Of a DNA stretch of 46,609 bases, positions 12,530-25,360 are shown piece after piece. Where the stretch lies: positions 50,818,272 through 50,864,880 of the forward strand of contig NC_068983.1 in assembly GCF_001194135.2 (NCBI RefSeq), read 5' to 3'. Numbering within the stretch: position 1 is the stretch's first letter; every line of letters starts with the position of its first letter. The position numbers and the translations under genes were made by a program. The notes under the pieces were generated by a model. It worked only from the letters and a program-made list of their open reading frames with translations. It was not told the origin of the DNA and searched no databases. Source of the DNA: Octopus bimaculoides (taxonomy: Eukaryota).

Positions 12530-13860
12530 CACCAATATCAAAAGTTTAAGATCACCTGAACTTATCTTGAAAAACATCTACGCAATGGAAACTGGTGAAA
12601 TATTTTATTAATGTATAGTTACATTCATTGTAGGACAAAATCAACTCAGCAACTAAACAAAACTGAAAAATCAGAGTAAAGCTTTAAAACTTAGACTCAT
12701 CGAAATATCCACCCTTGGACTTGATCACTGCGCAACATAATCTGGGCATCATTTAGACTAATGAAAGAAAATATTCGCTGGTAATATACTGCCACTCCTC
12801 TTGTAAGAGTGCCCAGAAGTTTTTTTTCTGCACAACATGGTTGTCGCTTTCTGATTCTGCGATCCAGTTGATCCTACACAATTTCGATGAGCTTCCAATC
12901 GGGGGATTAGTCTGGCCATTTCATTACAGTCAAGTTTCTTTTATCCATTTTTCTGTAAATAGATTTTGCATAGCTTAGAAGTATGTTTAGGATCGTTATC
13001 TCGCATCAGCACGAAATTATCACCAATCAGACTTGTCCCAGATGGAATGGTATGACGCTGGAGGACAGAGTGATACTCGTCTTGGTTCAATACTCCTGTT
13101 TCCCGAATAATATACTCAACACTATTGCCTGTAAAGCACCTACAGATCATTAGACTTCTCCCACTATGCTTTACAGTTCGATCTATACACTCAGAAATCA
13201 TCCGTTCATCAATTCTTTGTCTCACATAAACTCTACGCCGGGATCCGAAGAGTTCCACCTTTGATTCATCAATCCAAACGATCATTGTTTCAGGTTTGGT
13301 GTTTTCTAGCCCGTATGTGTCGCTTACATGTTGAAGCATCGCTTTTCTGGCAGCACAATGGTCATTTAGACCGGCAGCAATGTGCTTTTTTCTGCTCATG
13401 GTTGTAAGAGACACGTTAGCTTCGCACACCACTCATTTGTGCAGCGATTTCAATTGCTGTTATGCACCTGTTTCGAAGACTGGTGACTCTGATGAAATCA
13501 TCCTGTGATTTAAAAGTCAATTTTCCACGACCTGACCGAGTACTGTCCATATTTGTTTTCCTTTTTCATTATATGTTACAATGGCAGAGTAGATGACACT
13601 GAAGGTAAATTTAACTATTTTGATTATGTCTCGAAAACTATCGCTTTTACTGTGTAATGTAACAATGCTTTCTCTTTTTCAGATGATAAATGATTGGTTT
13701 TGCCCATATTTATGTTAATTTTCAGGTATTTCATGAAATGTACTTATTTGTCATGGTTGAACCTGAAAGAAATTATAGCCTATAGGACATAAGGAGTGCA
13801 AATAACCAAAATGTATTACAATGTTGCTAAAAGGTGGACGCTAAAATGATTTTGACCACA
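12530..13860 (-). mobile_element. Near full-length Tc1-family transposon, most similar to DD38E (Intruder/IT)
   Basis: The transposase pseudogene runs 13707 (ATG) to 12684 (TAA): MGKTNHLSSEK...FIRVTSLRNR...WIDESKVELFGSRRRVYVR...TVKHSGRSLMI...QRHTIPSG...MRDNDPKHTSKLCKIYLQK / DKRNLTVMKWPD*SPDWKLIE...AVIKSKGGYFDESKF*. The left end is TA|CACCAATATCAAAAGTTTAAGATCACC. The right TIR is only a degenerate match near 13832-13860. Confidence 0.9.
12684..13707 (-). pseudogene. Tc1-like transposase pseudogene (DDE)
   Basis: About 340 codons with frameshifts and stops. It includes the supplied ORF 12941-13432. The catalytic motifs DES, DND and (NP)IE are recognisable. Confidence 0.9.
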
Positions 13861-14240
13861 TTCTCAAATAGGATTGTCATCAGCAAATATGATTATTTGC
13901 ACACAATACGCGTATAAACGGTATCATTCCACATCGAATAAATTCCAGGCTTTATGCAATATGTTATTCCATATATTTATATCCCCAAAATTATATGAAT
14001 TGATGACATTGAACTAAAACTTCTATTTTAAAACTTTTGCAGGTAATCTTAAATTATTAGATAATAGAGTATATATATATATACTCTGCATTGACAAGGG
14101 GCAACACCCTGAAACTAGTCTAGTCTGCAGATGCCAAACCAGCAGGGGGACACTGCTGACCTCCCCTGTTCGAAGGTTATAAAGGACACAGGTTTCGTGT
14201 GTCACATAGCTAGCTAGAGGCGATGGCTTCNNNNNNNNNN

Positions 14241-14280
<40 letters not shown>

Positions 14281-15288
14281 TATATACATATATATATATA
14301 TGTGTGTGTGCGTATCTCTGTCTTTATCTCTCTTCATGTATATGTACGTATATGCATATGTATATATGTATGTACATGCATACATCTACGCACACAGACA
14401 AACACACATGTATATATAGATATATAATTAAGATAGATATATAATTAGTTAAGTTGAGGCACCCAGTCAGTCCGGTATTGTTCGCTGAGCTCGAGGTAGA
14501 TGACAAGCATATATATATATGTGTGTGTGTATGTATGTATGTATGTATGTATGTATGTATTATGTATGTACACATGCAGGTAGAGACTGACTAATAGATA
14601 GACAGATAGATAAGTAGGTAAGTAGATAAATAGATAAATAAATAGATAGGTAGAATATATATATATATATGTATATATANNNNNNNNNNNNNNNNNNNNN
14701 NNNNNNNNNNNNNNNNNNNNNNNNNNNNNNNNNNNNNNNNNNNNNNNNNNNNNNNNNNNNNNNNNNNNNNNNNNNNNNNNNNNNNNNNNNNNNNNNNNNN
14801 NNNNNNNNNNNNNNNNNNNNNNNNNNNNNNNNNNNNNNNNNNNNNNNNNNNNNNNNNNNNNNNNNNNNNNNNNNNNNNNNNNNNNNNNNNNNNNNNNNNN
14901 NNNNNNNNNNNNNNNNNNNNNNNNNNNNNNNNNNNNNNNNNNNNNNNNNNNNNNNNNNNNNNNNNNNNNNNNNNNNNNNNNNNNNNNNNNNNNNNNNNNN
15001 NNNNNNNNNNNNNNNNNNNNNNNNNNNNNNNNNNNNNNNNNNNNNNNNNNNNNNNNNNNNNNNNNNNNNNNNNNNNNNNNNNNNNNNNNNNNNNNNNNNN
15101 NNNNNNNNNNNNNNNNNNNNNNNNNNNNNNNNNNNNNNNNNNNNNNNNNNNNNNNNNNNNNNNNNNNNNNNNNNNNNNNNNNNNNNNNNNNNNNNNNNNN
15201 NNNNNNNNNNNNNNNNNNNNNNNNNNNNNNNNNNNNNNNNNNNNNNNNNNNNNNNNNNNNNNNNNNNNNNNNNNNNNNNNNNNNNNNN

Positions 15289-15321
<33 letters not shown>

Positions 15322-15623
15322 TAGATAGATAGATAGACAGTTAGATAGATATATAGATAGATAGATAGATACACAAGTAGGTATGTATTTCTGTATGTAT
15401 GTAGGTAGGTAGGCAGTATCGCGCAGGTGATATATGTGTGTCCATGTGTGTTCAGGTATGTAAACAATCTGCACATGTTTGTACCTGTCTGTAAGTATAT
15501 CATTTTCTTAAACAAATATATATATCGAGGGCGATAGTAATTCGCATTTGCTATTTAATAATTAATGCGTATCTATGTACGCAAGCATGTATGTATGTAC
15601 GTATGTTTTTGTGTGTATACATG

Positions 15624-15658
<35 letters not shown>

Positions 15659-16943
15659 NNNNNNNNNNNNNNNNNNNNNNNNNNNNNNNNNNNNNNNNNN
15701 NNNNNNNNNNNNNNNNNNNNNNNNNNNNNNNNNNNNNNNNNNNNNNNNNNNNNNNNNNNNNNNNNNNNNNNNNNNNNNNNNNNNNNNNNNNNNNNNNNNN
15801 NNNNNNNNNNNNNNNNNNNNNNNNNNNNNNNNNNNNNNNNNNNNNNNNNNNNNNNNNNNNNNNNNNNNNNNNNNNNNNNNNNNNNNNNNNNNNNNNNNNN
15901 NNNNNNNNNNNNNNNNNNNNNNNNNNNNNNNNNNNNNNNNNNNNNNNNNNNNNNNNNNNTATATGTATACACACTCACACACACATATATATGCATGCAC
16001 AAAATACGCACACAAATGTCGCACATACATGCATAACTGTATTTTTTTTTATATGTTCGTAATGGGAAAAGAATGCTCTATTTGAAAATCCTAACTACAG
16101 CAGAAATGCCTAACCTCTCTTTCCAAATATTCTGTTAATTTCTCACTAGAGCAGAATATGAGTTAATAGGAAATATATATGTATCGTTAATAAGAATCCA
16201 TATTTAACAAACGTGGACAAATGATGATATTTAAATCCCAAAGGATAGACCGGTATCCTGTTCTAAAATGATCTCGTAGCAAAGATTATTACATGCTATT
16301 TACTCATAATCATTATTATGTAGAAAATATATAGTTAGTATTCACCTTTTCATAATTTGATTTGAATATAAGCAGGTCCTTGTGTTTACATAACCTAATG
16401 TTCGTATAAAACGCGGTCTTTTATGCAAAGAGCATTTCTATTAACCACTGTTCTCACAGTTGTATAATTAAAAATATATTCTTTGTGGAGCAGTATCCAC
16501 CTTGCATCTATCAACTCATGTCGATGTAACTTGTGGAGTTCATCCAGATGTTAGTCCATCCAAAACCTAATGATCCTGCGTCTAAAACCTTAAATATTCA
16601 GTTTTTCACATTAAACTGTGCAACTTCATTCGCCATTGGGGTCACTCCAAACAAGATACACCAAAATTCGGATAGCTAGAATACAATTAGTAATTCTTGT
16701 AACTTATGCGCTGATTATAACTGCGATAAGTTAAATTTTGACGGTGAAGAGAAAGGCTCTCCGTCAAAAATGAAGGTTAAGTTATTAATTATTAAATCCC
16801 TCGGCGAAAGACATCTAAATATACCAAGTATACCATATTCTAGCACCACGTTTATGCTGTTGACCTACTTCTCATCACACTTGTGCTTTAAACTCTCAAT
16901 TCCATTTAAGTTCAACGTTCACAAGGAAATATCAGTCAAATAT

Positions 16944-17336
16944 GCAGGTGTGGCTGTGTGGTAAGTAGCTTGCTTACCAACCACATGGTCCCAGGTTCAG
17001 TCCCATTGCGTGGCACCTTGGGCAAGTGTCTTGTACTATATATTCGGGCCGACCAAAGCCTTGTGAGTAGATTTGGTATACGGAAACTGGAAAAAAGTCC
17101 GTCGTATATATGTATGTGTGTGTATATGTTTGTGTGTTTGTGTTTGTAACCCCAACATCGCTTGACAACCGATGCTGGTGTGTTTACATCGCCGTAGCCT
17201 AGCAGTTCGGCAAAAGAGACCGATAGAATAAGTAATAGGTTTACAAAGAATACGCTCTGGGGTCGATCTGTTCGACTATAAAGGCAGTGCTCCAGCATGG
17301 CCGCAGTCAAATGACTGAAATAAGTTAAAGTGTAAA
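16944..17336 (+). mobile_element. SINE family C (CORE-like motif, internal microsatellite), full length
   Basis: Head gcaggtgtggctgtgtggtaag...ggttcagtccc, CORE-like tggcaccttgggcaagtgtc, internal (TA/TG)n, and a 3' end ccagcatggccgcagtcaaatgactgaaa. There are several other copies in the window. Confidence 0.9.
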
Positions 17337-17689
17337 GGAGTGTTAGAATTATTTATCTAATTTCTTAGGCGTTACGCTCACCGTGGGCTGAAGAAGAAAC
17401 CTGCTGGACAAGAGAAATTGTAGGTCCATTTATATTATGAATAAAATGAATGATGGTATGACATAAGAACATGAAAGAAGATTATATCGGCAATAATCTT
17501 GTGCTACAAAATTATCATTGTCGTTCTTTCTAGTTTCAATAGAGAATAAGCTGCTACGACCGTATATGGTTCACTGTTGAAGGATGTTCGCTTCAGTATC
17601 ATAAGATCATGGTATTATATCTTGGATCAGGCGGCGCGGCTTGTTCATGAGTAAATCATACAATTTAACATTGGTTTTGTGTATGGAAT

Positions 17690-18370
17690 GGCATGGCATA
17701 TAATTGCTAGCTGAATGCTAGTGCAGCCCTCTCGGCCTCGAAATGTCACATCCTGGATATTCCTCAAGGAGAAAAGAGCAAGGATCGAGAATATGTCTAT
17801 ATCTGCTTGTAACTGAATAGACTCATAAAACGTTGAGCAACACCGTGGTAGCTGCTCACACTTATATACGTTTACGGCTATAGTCGGGCTTCGTCAAGAT
17901 CCAATCTAATGATATATCCGCCTATAAAATTTATTGTGTGCTGCCCCAGAACGAAAGAAATTATTTTATATTTGTCTTATAGACAACGGCCATATAATGA
18001 ATTAGAATATGTTGAATATTATTTAAGCGGTGTAGTCGTAGTTGTATGAATTTCTACAAGTCTCAAAATTGCATATACTGTTTAGTTTTGTTTTACAGGT
18101 GATGTGATATATTGTATTCCCATACAGGTATACGCGATAAATACGAGACGCGCTACCATACTGGCACTTGAAATGTCTGGCTTCGAAGCTGCAGCGGACA
18201 AAGTCTTTGCAATATAGCAGTAAAAATTTTGGCTTATAATCAAAACATGATATATCAGTTAAAATGTACAGAAATCGGTTGTAGGAACTCTAAGACATCT
18301 CAAACTTCAGAAGCTGCACATTGCTTATCCGAGAGAAATGACGAGCATTAAGAAGACCATAGACGGTCAT
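17690..18370 (+). mobile_element. Possible RTE-clade LINE 5' remnant (start of apurinic endonuclease)
   Basis: 18150-18350 reads RYHTGT*NVWLR (cf. RIGTWNVRTL) and, in another frame, LKCTEIGCRNSKTSQTSEAAH (cf. LCEIRWKNSGETxTxEGH). It is highly decayed and the upstream boundary is a guess. Confidence 0.4.
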
Positions 18371-18907
18371 CGACATAAAAATCTATCAGTATACTAATGC
18401 TAAATAGAATGATTAATACAGACGCTAAGATCATACCGACATACCAACATTACTCACATATAGGCAGATATATGCATTGCGTCAGTAAATGTTTGGAATA
18501 TTTTACTTGATAAATTCACGTCCTTAGACTTAAAAAACATTCTGGTTTTTTTTTGTGCATTTCGTCTGTCTAGATAACGTACAGTGCACTCTTTTGCCAT
18601 TCTACTATGTTTCACATATTTATTCAGAGATATCTCGAGATCTTTGACTGTGTAATCCGAAATACTGATCTGAATTTCAAATGATGCTGGTTGTAGAGTG
18701 CTTAAATTGGTTCCGATCGCCTACTATGTCAACGGGTCTCACGTTCTTCTGTAGTTGAATTTGAAGTACTCCTTCACATTTGAACGAGAAGGATTCTCAT
18801 GAACTTAAGTTAAAATTAAAGGATTTGTAAATGAAGAACACTTGTCCTGTTAGGCATTGCTCTAGTCTTCCTCAGAGACATCTTTACAGCTTTATTACAT
18901 CCCGTAT

Positions 18908-19292
18908 CGTGGCGACGCAATGGCCCAGTGGTTAAGGCAGTGGACTCGCGGTCATAAGATCGCGGTTTCGATTCCCAGACCCGGCGTTGTAAGTGTTTAT
19001 TGAGCGAAAACACCTAAAGCTCTACGAGGCTCCGGCGGGGGATGTTGGTGAACCCTGCTTTACTCTTCCACCACAACTTTCTCTCACTCTTTCTTCCTGT
19101 TTCTGTTGTACCTGTATTTCAAAGGGCCAGCCTTGTCACACGGTGTCACGCTGAATCTCCCCGAGAACTACGTTAAGGTACACGTGACTGTGGAGTGCTC
19201 AGCCACTTGCACGTTAATTTCACGAGCAGGCTGTTCCGTAGATCGGATCAACTGGAACCCTCGACGTCGTAAGCGACGGAGTGCCAACAGCA
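18908..19292 (+). mobile_element. tRNA-derived SINE family B, full length
   Basis: A-box TGGCCCAGTGG, B-box-like GGTTTCGATTCC and an (AAC)-type tail. It has a perfect 11-bp TSD ACATCCCGTAT at 18897-18907 and 19293-19303. Confidence 0.95.
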
Positions 19293-19421
19293 ACATCCCG
19301 TATGGAATGAACTTGATCCTTGCATTGCGTTCTGAGTATATGCAGTTTCATTTGTTCAACAGGATCGCAAAATCCATTACATAAAATAGGCAGCCTAAGA
19401 TAACACTGTTCTCGGTTAAAT

Positions 19422-19471
<50 letters not shown>

Positions 19472-21314
19472 TGTAGAGTTTTCTGGTAAAAATATAGTCA
19501 TTCACAAAATATTAAATACACTGCTTGATATAGTGATATATGTTTAAATATATGTGTTTTGAGCGTATGTACGTGCATGTGTGTGTGGGTGTAAATAAAT
19601 GTTGCAAATACATAATCCATATTTAAATGACAAATATCATATAAATCTAATTGACATAGAAACGCAAATAAAATGGTATATACTGTAAATGAGGCAGTTA
19701 GTTACATTGAAGGAAATAAGACATATTGGAGCTGTGAAAGAGAGAGAAATTAAAAATTGACAGAAAACAGAAAAGCAGATGACGAACTTAATTATATGTA
19801 CATATATGTATGCGAGGCCATGAGATAAGGTGTTTATATGCTAAAGTATATTGGCAATTCTCTCGTTCTTTTTTCTCTTTCCTCATCTCTCATACATACA
19901 CTTCACATCTGACTATATTCATCTCTCTCTATATGTATATGTAGGTTTCGCCTACTTTAACTACAAAACATACATTTAGTTAATTGCTTTAAATAGCATC
20001 AAAATAGGAAATTCTATTTATATTTACGTCACATGTATTTCTAATTAGCTTTATATCCAGGATGCTTCCTGAATTAAACCTATTTAAAAATTTATTTAAC
20101 AAAAAACATTCAACGTCAAGAAAACAATAAACTACAGACCATATTTCAAGATAATTTCTGAATAAAACAAAAACATAACATATTCAAAATAAAACGTAAT
20201 ATAATAAATGTTATCACAATTGAATTAACAACAGTCTATTGTATAATAGTATGCAATTTTAAGACACGAATTTAATAAGCTTACTGTTTATTGCTGGGCT
20301 ATAGCGTATATCATATACGTGCTTTCACCATATCTTTTCTGCTAAGCATTCATATGATGGAAAAATTTAATTAACTCTAATGTAAATAGGCATGTAGCTG
20401 GAAATTGTAATTGTATTTGAAATCCCACACTATGTACACAACTCAGCACTGAGGCGTGTGTCTATGAATGCATATGTGCATGTGGAATTGTATGTATCAT
20501 GTATCTAAATATTCCACAGCCTTTCTATCACAGAGCGTATACCTTGCCGTATATGTATGAGCACACGTACTTATTACACACACGTCTCTGTGTCCATGAA
20601 CATGTGTGTGTGTGTGGGCGTATGCTTGTCTATGTTTCTTCTTTTCATTCTCTCGCACATCTTCCCCCTCTCTCTCTGTGTATATANNNNNNNNNNNNNN
20701 NNNNNNNNNNNNNNNNNNNNNNNNNNNNNNNNNNNNNNNNNNNNNNNNNNNNNNNNNNNNNNNNNNNNNNNNNNNNNNNNNNNNNNNNNNNNNNNNNNNN
20801 NNNNNNNNNNNNNNNNNNNNNNNNNNNNNNNNNNNNNNNNNNNNNNNNNNNNNNNNNNNNNNNNNNNNNNNNNNNNNNNNNNNNNNNNNNNNNNNNNNNN
20901 NNNNNNNNNNNNNNNNNNNNNNNNNNNNNNNNNNNNNNNNNNNNNNNNNNNNNNNNNNNNNNNNNNNNNNNNNNNNNNNNNNNNNNNNNNNATAAAATTA
21001 TATATGTGTGTGTGTGTATACATATGGGTGTATATATGTATTTATATCTATGAATGTATTTGTATTGAATGTATGCATGTTTTTATGATACACAAAGATA
21101 ATGTACTTATTTCAAGAGATTTCACTTTCTTGTCCCCGTTAGCCGCAAATATACCTGTTTCCTATTAACTATTGGTACAGAATATAAACTTTTGAGTATT
21201 ACTAAGCTCTCTGTAAATATTTTACACTAAAATGTTCTAGCTGTTATTGCAAAATGGCTGCTCTGTTAAATGTTCTCTTTCTCATTCTGCCTGTAATTTC
21301 TGCATAAAGACATC

Positions 21315-21400
21315 AATTTGAATGGAGGGGAAGTCAATTACATCGACTCAAGTGTACATCTGATACTTATTGTATCTATTCCAAAAGAAGGAGAACGAAA
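21315..21400 (-). mobile_element. SINE family D fragment
   Basis: gggaagtcaattacatcgactcaagtgtac...atacttattgtatc is the reverse complement of the family D 3' module. Confidence 0.55.
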
Positions 21401-21441
21401 AGATGTAAAAGAAATGACACAGTATCTCTCTCTTTCTCTCA

Positions 21442-21472
<31 letters not shown>

Positions 21473-21482
21473 CAGATACATT

Positions 21483-21617
21483 CAATCACCATCTAAACAT
21501 CCACTCACAAGGATTTGGTCAGCCCATAGAAGAAATCACTTTCTCAAGGTGCCACGCAGCGCGAATGAACCCGGAACCTTGTGGTTGTGAAGCAAGCTTC
21601 TTATCACACAGCCACGC
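21483..21617 (-). mobile_element. SINE family C, 5' half
   Basis: ccactcacaaggatttggtc...tcaaggtgccacgcag...gaacccggaaccttgtggttg...agcaagcttcttatcacacagccac is the reverse complement of the family C head. Confidence 0.85.
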
Positions 21618-22133
21618 TATACATATACATATATGTACATATATATACATATATATTATATATATGTGTATCGTTTATCCTTGTTAATTTTTGCTCTTAT
21701 AAAAATACATATTCCTCTGGAGACTTCGCCATTACTACAAAGATATTTTTTTCTCATATGCTAACAAGATGCTTCCACATGCAAGTTTGAGCTCCAGTTT
21801 CTGCAGCAGTGTCTGATAAGGGTGTACGTACAAAATAGATGTGAATGAACAGTCTCAGAGGACTCAGTGACGCATCTGAAACCACTCCGATGGGGTGGAA
21901 TTTACCTTATACATGCCAATGCCAGATACATTCCAGTAGCGATCGAAACCAATACTGAAGCCTGTCAATGGATCCAAATTGTTCAGTATGTAACCACCGG
22001 CAGGTTATTAATTCAATAACAGGGATGAGGTTTCATAAATATGTGTTGCTATTAACGAAATGAGTGATCCAACAAACCTGAGTGGATGCGGTACGTTTTG
22101 CATAAGTCTGCATTTTTCTGACTACCTTCTCAT

Positions 22134-22298
22134 CAGTGGTTTCAAGCCGTTTGTGTGTATTGTAGAAATATACGCATTTTCTTACATATAAATTTTAAGA
22201 AAATCATATATGGACCCCCCCCCACCAAGGTCTATGTGGATCCCCATAGGCTATATGGACCCTCCCAAGGCTTTCTGGGCCCCGGTTGAGAACTACTG
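22134..22298. mobile_element. Probable non-autonomous hAT (Charlie-like) MITE
   Basis: Imperfect TIRs CAGTGGTTTCAAGCC and (rc) CAGTAGTTCTCAACC. There are subterminal TATATGGACC-like repeats. The right flank TTCTAGAA is the typical nTCTAGAn site, but the left 8-mer CTTCTCAT does not match it well. Confidence 0.5.
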
Positions 22299-24741
22299 TT
22301 CTAGAAAACCATGGCTGCAAAGATTTTGGCCTAAATTTGAAACCCAACATTTGGCAACTTTACGGTAAATATGAGTTACATTCCGTTTATTACCGATATT
22401 TATTAGCAGTCAACAAAACCCGTCTTATTGTACAAGAAATACATCTGTTTCGTTACCAATCGAAAGCATCATCAACCACGCCAATGGTGAAGAAATCTGG
22501 CACATATGCATTATCACTATAGGGCTGACCGTACTATTTGCACGTAGTACAATTAGTCATCATACTGTGAAACTCAGGTGAACCTATAGAACATTACTAG
22601 CTCTGGGCAACATTAGATGATATTCGATGCAGACTGCTGAGGTAGATATAGAAACCATGAAGCATGGCGTCCTACTACTTGGTTTCATCTCTTGAGAATA
22701 GCGACGCCGAACGGTCTACTCAGTTATTTGGAATCGTATTACACGGGTCCATCATGGTCCGTAGGAGACTAAACTGAGCTATTGTTGTTGTATTGTGAGT
22801 TTACCATCTGGTAAATCGAGTGGCTTTATTTTTTCTCATGCTTTAGAGGAAGTGACTAAGTTCTGAATACCCACCTTTTATTTTTCGCATTAAAAAACAT
22901 GACCGAAAGCTATTGTCGCATCTAATGCAATAATAACACCATTACCATTGTCTCTTGTAAATTTCTCAGTAATTCCTTCTCTAATATATTTTTGTCATCT
23001 GTTATTATTTGCGTTTCTAAAACCGAACCATCTTCAGAGTGCCCCGCACCACTGTATATAGTCAACTGTTGTTGAACTAAAATATTAATCTATTTTCATT
23101 CTGGGTTTTACATGTCAGGCACCACGCATTCTACTTCCAGCAAGCAGGCCAGCGAGTTGTTTCCAGGTCAATCATGCTGTTGATGGTGGTATATTTCTGA
23201 ATTGCGATATGCTAAGTGTTCAGCTGTAAGAATTATCGCTAACACATACATATGATCTATTAAGAACAGAATTATATCCCCACACACACACATATACATA
23301 CGTACAGTTACATACATTTATACAGACATTAATGCATACATATACGCACACTATAGAAACAAATTTACACAACCATAATTATGAAAGAGAAGATAAAAAG
23401 GGGTAAATGTATGGGAGGGATGTATTTTAACATTTAAATACATTTTCCCATTTACAATATATTGAAGACGTACATACGAAATCTCAGCTTGAAAACAAAA
23501 TGTAAAATGCATACAATATCAACTGATAAGAATTTTATATATTATTTTCTTTCATGCTTTTAATTTATACATCTATGGGAGGTTTTATAATTTCTTATTC
23601 TATTATTAATCATTATTTGTATTATTATTAATTCCGTATTTATAATTTTATGTGCTTGAAATAACATTCCTTCTCAAATAATTTTCGCAGAACAACTGTC
23701 ACTTTTCATTTCCCTAGAGACCTTACGCTTTTCATTGTTGCATTTTTGATAAATTATGAATTCAACTGACAAAGGTTTTAACACAAATAAATAGATTTTT
23801 CTAAGTCATATAGCATAGTTTCATATTTCTGTCTTTCGTTATGTACTACTTTTCGTAAAACGACATTAAAAAGTTTAATTGTGGCTGCAATCTACATGTG
23901 AAAGGACTAACGTCAAGCTTTTCGTGTTACATTGTTTGCTTTACAAATAGTAACGTGCCTTGATATACGATCAATTTGAGCATGAAATGAAGGTTCAAGA
24001 AATATTTTTGGGAGAAATTACTACCATTACCCAGAATTAAAATGCGTGAATATATTTTGTGAGAAAATATAAATAATATAACGACAGTATCGGACAAGGA
24101 GAACTGATGTATATCTGGCTATTGTAAAATTCTGAATCCGACCCTGATTTGCGAAACGCATATTCAATTATGAGTGATCCAACACATATACAAGAATGGG
24201 TGATTCAAAAACCCTGAGAATATTCGCAAATCAAAGGGAATTCTAATGCATAGCCAGAAAGACACACCATGAAGCTGGATGTAGAGTATTGAATAGCAAC
24301 ATAGTTTATAGAAAGAGCATATCACTAAATTCTGCGTTATTGAATTCGTCTACTGAGATTTTGCACATATATGTTTAACATAAATGCTTTTTGTTACGCT
24401 ATTTTAAAGTAGTTACTTCATAAGAATTTCGAAACTTCGAGAAAACTGAAGCAATCTATTCTAAGGTGGAATCTGATGTAGACAAAACTATAGTGTGTAG
24501 AATATTGGTTCAAGATCTCTTTGGAGGAAGAAAAAAAGGTTGATGGCTATCCCAGGGTCATTCTTTTTTTTTACTATCCATGTGGATTCGATCTAGTATC
24601 CTACATGCTGTTATTTATAGACTTAACTACGTCGAGTAACACTGTAAAAAGAAGATAAATAATTCATGCCAATTTTATTAAAACGATATTCTTTGTAAAA
24701 TTTCACTGAAAGGCAACATGATTTCAAAAATATAAGAATGT

Positions 24742-25123
24742 TATTGTTGGGACTATATCGCTTACGTCGATGAGGGTTCCTGTTGATAAAATCAACGGAA
24801 CAGCCTGCTCGTGAAATTAACGTGCAAGTGTCTGAGCTCTCCACAAACACGTGTACCCTTAACGTAGTTCTCGGGGATATTCAGCGTGATACATTGTGAC
24901 AAGGCTGACCCTTCGAATTACAGGCACAACAGAAATAGGAAGTAAGAGTGAGAGAAAGTTGTGGTGAAAGGGTACAGCAGGGTTCGCCATCATCCCCTGC
25001 CGGAGCCTCGTGGAGCTTTAGGTGTTTTCGCTCAATAAACACTCACAACGCCCGGTCTGGGAATCGAAACCGCGATCCTATGTCCGCGAGTACGCTACCC
25101 TAACTACTGGGCCATTGCGCCTC
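24742..25123 (-). mobile_element. SINE family B, full length
   Basis: Colinear reverse complement of 18908-19292. It has a near-perfect 10-bp TSD: ATAAGAATGT (24732-24741) and ATAACAATGT (25126-25135). Confidence 0.95.
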
Positions 25124-25360
25124 AAATAACAATGTGAAAGGCTGTATGAATTTGCAGTGAAATGTAGCATTACCGAACAAGAATGTTGTGATAAACGCGA
25201 TGAGCGTAGTTGCCTTATAAACAGAGTAAGCTTGACTAAAGCAAATAACACAAGTTAATCACTTCTGCGTTAAAGTACAGACGTCAATATATTGATAACG
25301 GTGGAATTTATACGGAGGAGCTGTAAACTATCAAAACGAATTGTATATATTCCTTTCTGC

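Noticed and set aside
16738-16769. Small hairpin TTTTGACGG...CCGTCAAAA
   Set aside because: A 9-bp stem is expected by chance, and bacterial terminator logic does not apply to this genome.
21850-22020. GC-richer patch with open frames (GGIYLIHANARYIPVAIET; ASVLVSIATGMYLAL)
   Set aside because: The resemblances to RLE-LINE or FGF motifs are too weak and conflict with each other, and there is no consistent splice structure.
22305-22330. Second AAAACCATGGCTG Kozak-like motif
   Set aside because: The frame closes after seven codons (MAAKILA*) and there is no donor.
24142-24237. Short inverted repeat (TGATTTGCGAA core) overlapping a 47-codon open stretch
   Set aside because: The perfect match is only 11 bp, with no TSD and no splice support. 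It is compatible with chance or an unrecognisable old MITE.
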